Shown: positions 62,600 to 64,000 of the stretch, one piece after another
Position numbering within the stretch: the stretch's first letter is position 1
How the letters are laid out: each line of letters opens with the position of its first letter
From: Mizuhopecten yessoensis
Taxonomy: Eukaryota
Length of the DNA stretch: 64,000 nucleotides
NCBI RefSeq assembly: GCF_002113885.1
Contig: NW_018408551.1
Location: 1,017,206 to 1,081,205, forward strand
Reading direction: 5' to 3'
Translations under genes and position numbers: made by a program
Notes under the pieces: generated by a model
What the model was told of the DNA's origin: nothing
Seen by the model: the letters and a program-made list of their open reading frames with translations, nothing else
Databases searched by the model: none

Positions 62600-64000
62600 A
62601 CCGTTAGTTTTTTCGTTTTTAGTTGGATTATAAATTGTCTCTTCTTTCTGTCCCTTTTTAACTTGTATTTCTCTTTTCTCCTCGATTACGTCATCACTTG
62701 TCAGCAGTCTATGTGAAGTGTTTCTTTTCCTCTGGGTGACTTTCCACTTGCTTTTGGGGGCAAAAACAAATTTTCAATGTCATTGTTCCAAACGCTGTGC
62801 TCAATCATGTCCGAGTCCATACCAAGTTCCAATCGATCGCGGCTTATTAAGCTGATCAACAGTTCTGGGTTATGTATATCTGGCAAAGACTCAAATGGAA
62901 GTTGAACTTGTTCATTAACTTATGGTATCGTCGGTTAGGCAGTGTCTACAGTAAACGCAGCAACCGATTCTTCGTGAGCAAGGAAGAGGGGGATACTGGG
63001 TTTGAGGCCAACTGCTATCTGAGATGTTATGGTCGTAGGTACAGCAGCAACAGTAGACGCTTCAGGAGAGATGGAGAGAGGGACGCTCTGCTGTTGTGGT
63101 TGCTAAAGGTACAGCAGCAACAGTAGACGCTTAAAGAGAGATGGAGAGAGGGACGCTCTGCTGTTGTGGTTGCTTAAGGCACAGCAGAAACAGTAGACGC
63201 TTAAAGAGAGATGGAGAGAGGGACGCTTTGCTGTTGTGGTTGCTAAAGGTACAGCAGCAACAGTAGACGCTTCAGGAGAGATGGAGAGAGGGACGCTCTG
63301 CTGTTGTGGTTGCTAAAGGTACAGCACCATCCGTAGACGTTTCCGGAGAGGTTGAGACGGGAATACGGGGAGACAATAAACTTTGCTCGGATGTTGCCGT
63401 AGATGTCGGACGATCTGTTGGCTGTGATGGGGCGAAGGACTCCTGTGAGATAGCTGTGGGGTTGAATGGGAATACTCCACACGCCTTAAACCCGCTCACA
63501 ATGTTCTTGTGTGTGAACGAAGTATCCCATGCTGTCTTAACTAACCCAGGAAAACTCCAATTTGTTACTATGTTGAGCGGATTTTGACCAAGATAGTCAG
63601 AACACGCAGTGTTGTAGGCTGTACTAAACGGTCCCAAGACGGACCTATCAAGGGGAGGGAGGCATAATATGGATACGTAATTTTCTTCAGCTGTTCGAGG
63701 ATAGCTAATGACTCGTGAGATGAATGCCCATCTAAAAGCAATAATTGAGGCCTTTCATCTCCACATTCTTTTAAAAAAAACATCCCGAAACCACTCCTGT
63801 CGGCCATCCAACCGTTATCTTGATTGGTCCATTTTGTCCCGGATGGAGCGGCCGCCGTGTTAAAACCATGTATGGACATGTTTGTCTTGCCCTTCACTAC
63901 GAACATAGGGGACATTCACGCACGCCATTATGGAGACATTTGTCCTTTTATTCCCAGTAGGACTGACAACATTTTTAGAAGAACTGGCGAATGCTCAAAA
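62600..64000 (-). pseudogene. Decayed pogo/Fot1-type DDE_1 transposase (runs off the window end)
   Basis: Motifs NVSIMACVN, PMFVVKGK, NGWM, RPQLLLLDGHSSH, CLPP..LDRSVLGPF, NIVSGFKACGVFPFNP and RLLTSDDVI across frames; frameshifts and deletions. Confidence 0.92.
63038..63330. repeat. 70-bp tandem repeat x4 plus a partial copy inside the transposase remnant
   Basis: ggtacagcagcaacagtagacgc...gttgctaaa starting at 63038, 63108, 63178 and 63248; partial copy at 63318. Confidence 0.97.

Noticed and set aside
60398-62600. Terminal inverted repeat of the pogo-like element
   Set aside because: Candidate ends (e.g. gccccggta at ~60399) cannot be paired because the other end lies outside the window.

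Overview
AT-rich metazoan genomic DNA, most likely a bivalve mollusc (inferred from the V-domain SINE, LINE, Penelope-type and MITE repertoire); draft assembly with N at 22401-22411 and 39955. It holds one protein-coding gene: a tailless/Tlx (NR2E1/NR2E2) orphan nuclear receptor on the + strand, 8 coding exons (48581-56001). All introns are GT-AG with consistent phases; the CDS is 1158 nt (385 aa) and includes a 19-nt micro-exon encoding part of the P-box helix. The ~48 kb upstream is gene-free, with GC-richer enhancer-like islands, several minisatellite arrays (some with higher-order structure) and transposon debris. Mobile elements: a young 5'-truncated LINE inserted into and splitting a tRNA-derived V-SINE; a 32-bp palindromic micro-MITE with a 7-bp TSD; a 192-bp MITE with a 6-bp TSD; a decayed pogo/Fot1-type DDE transposase at the right edge. 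The most notable element is a 390-bp non-coding insertion flanked by a perfect 16-bp duplication. It carries a minimal Penelope-type hammerhead ribozyme fold with a non-canonical U3-A8 core. Almost all ORF-track entries outside these elements are spurious.
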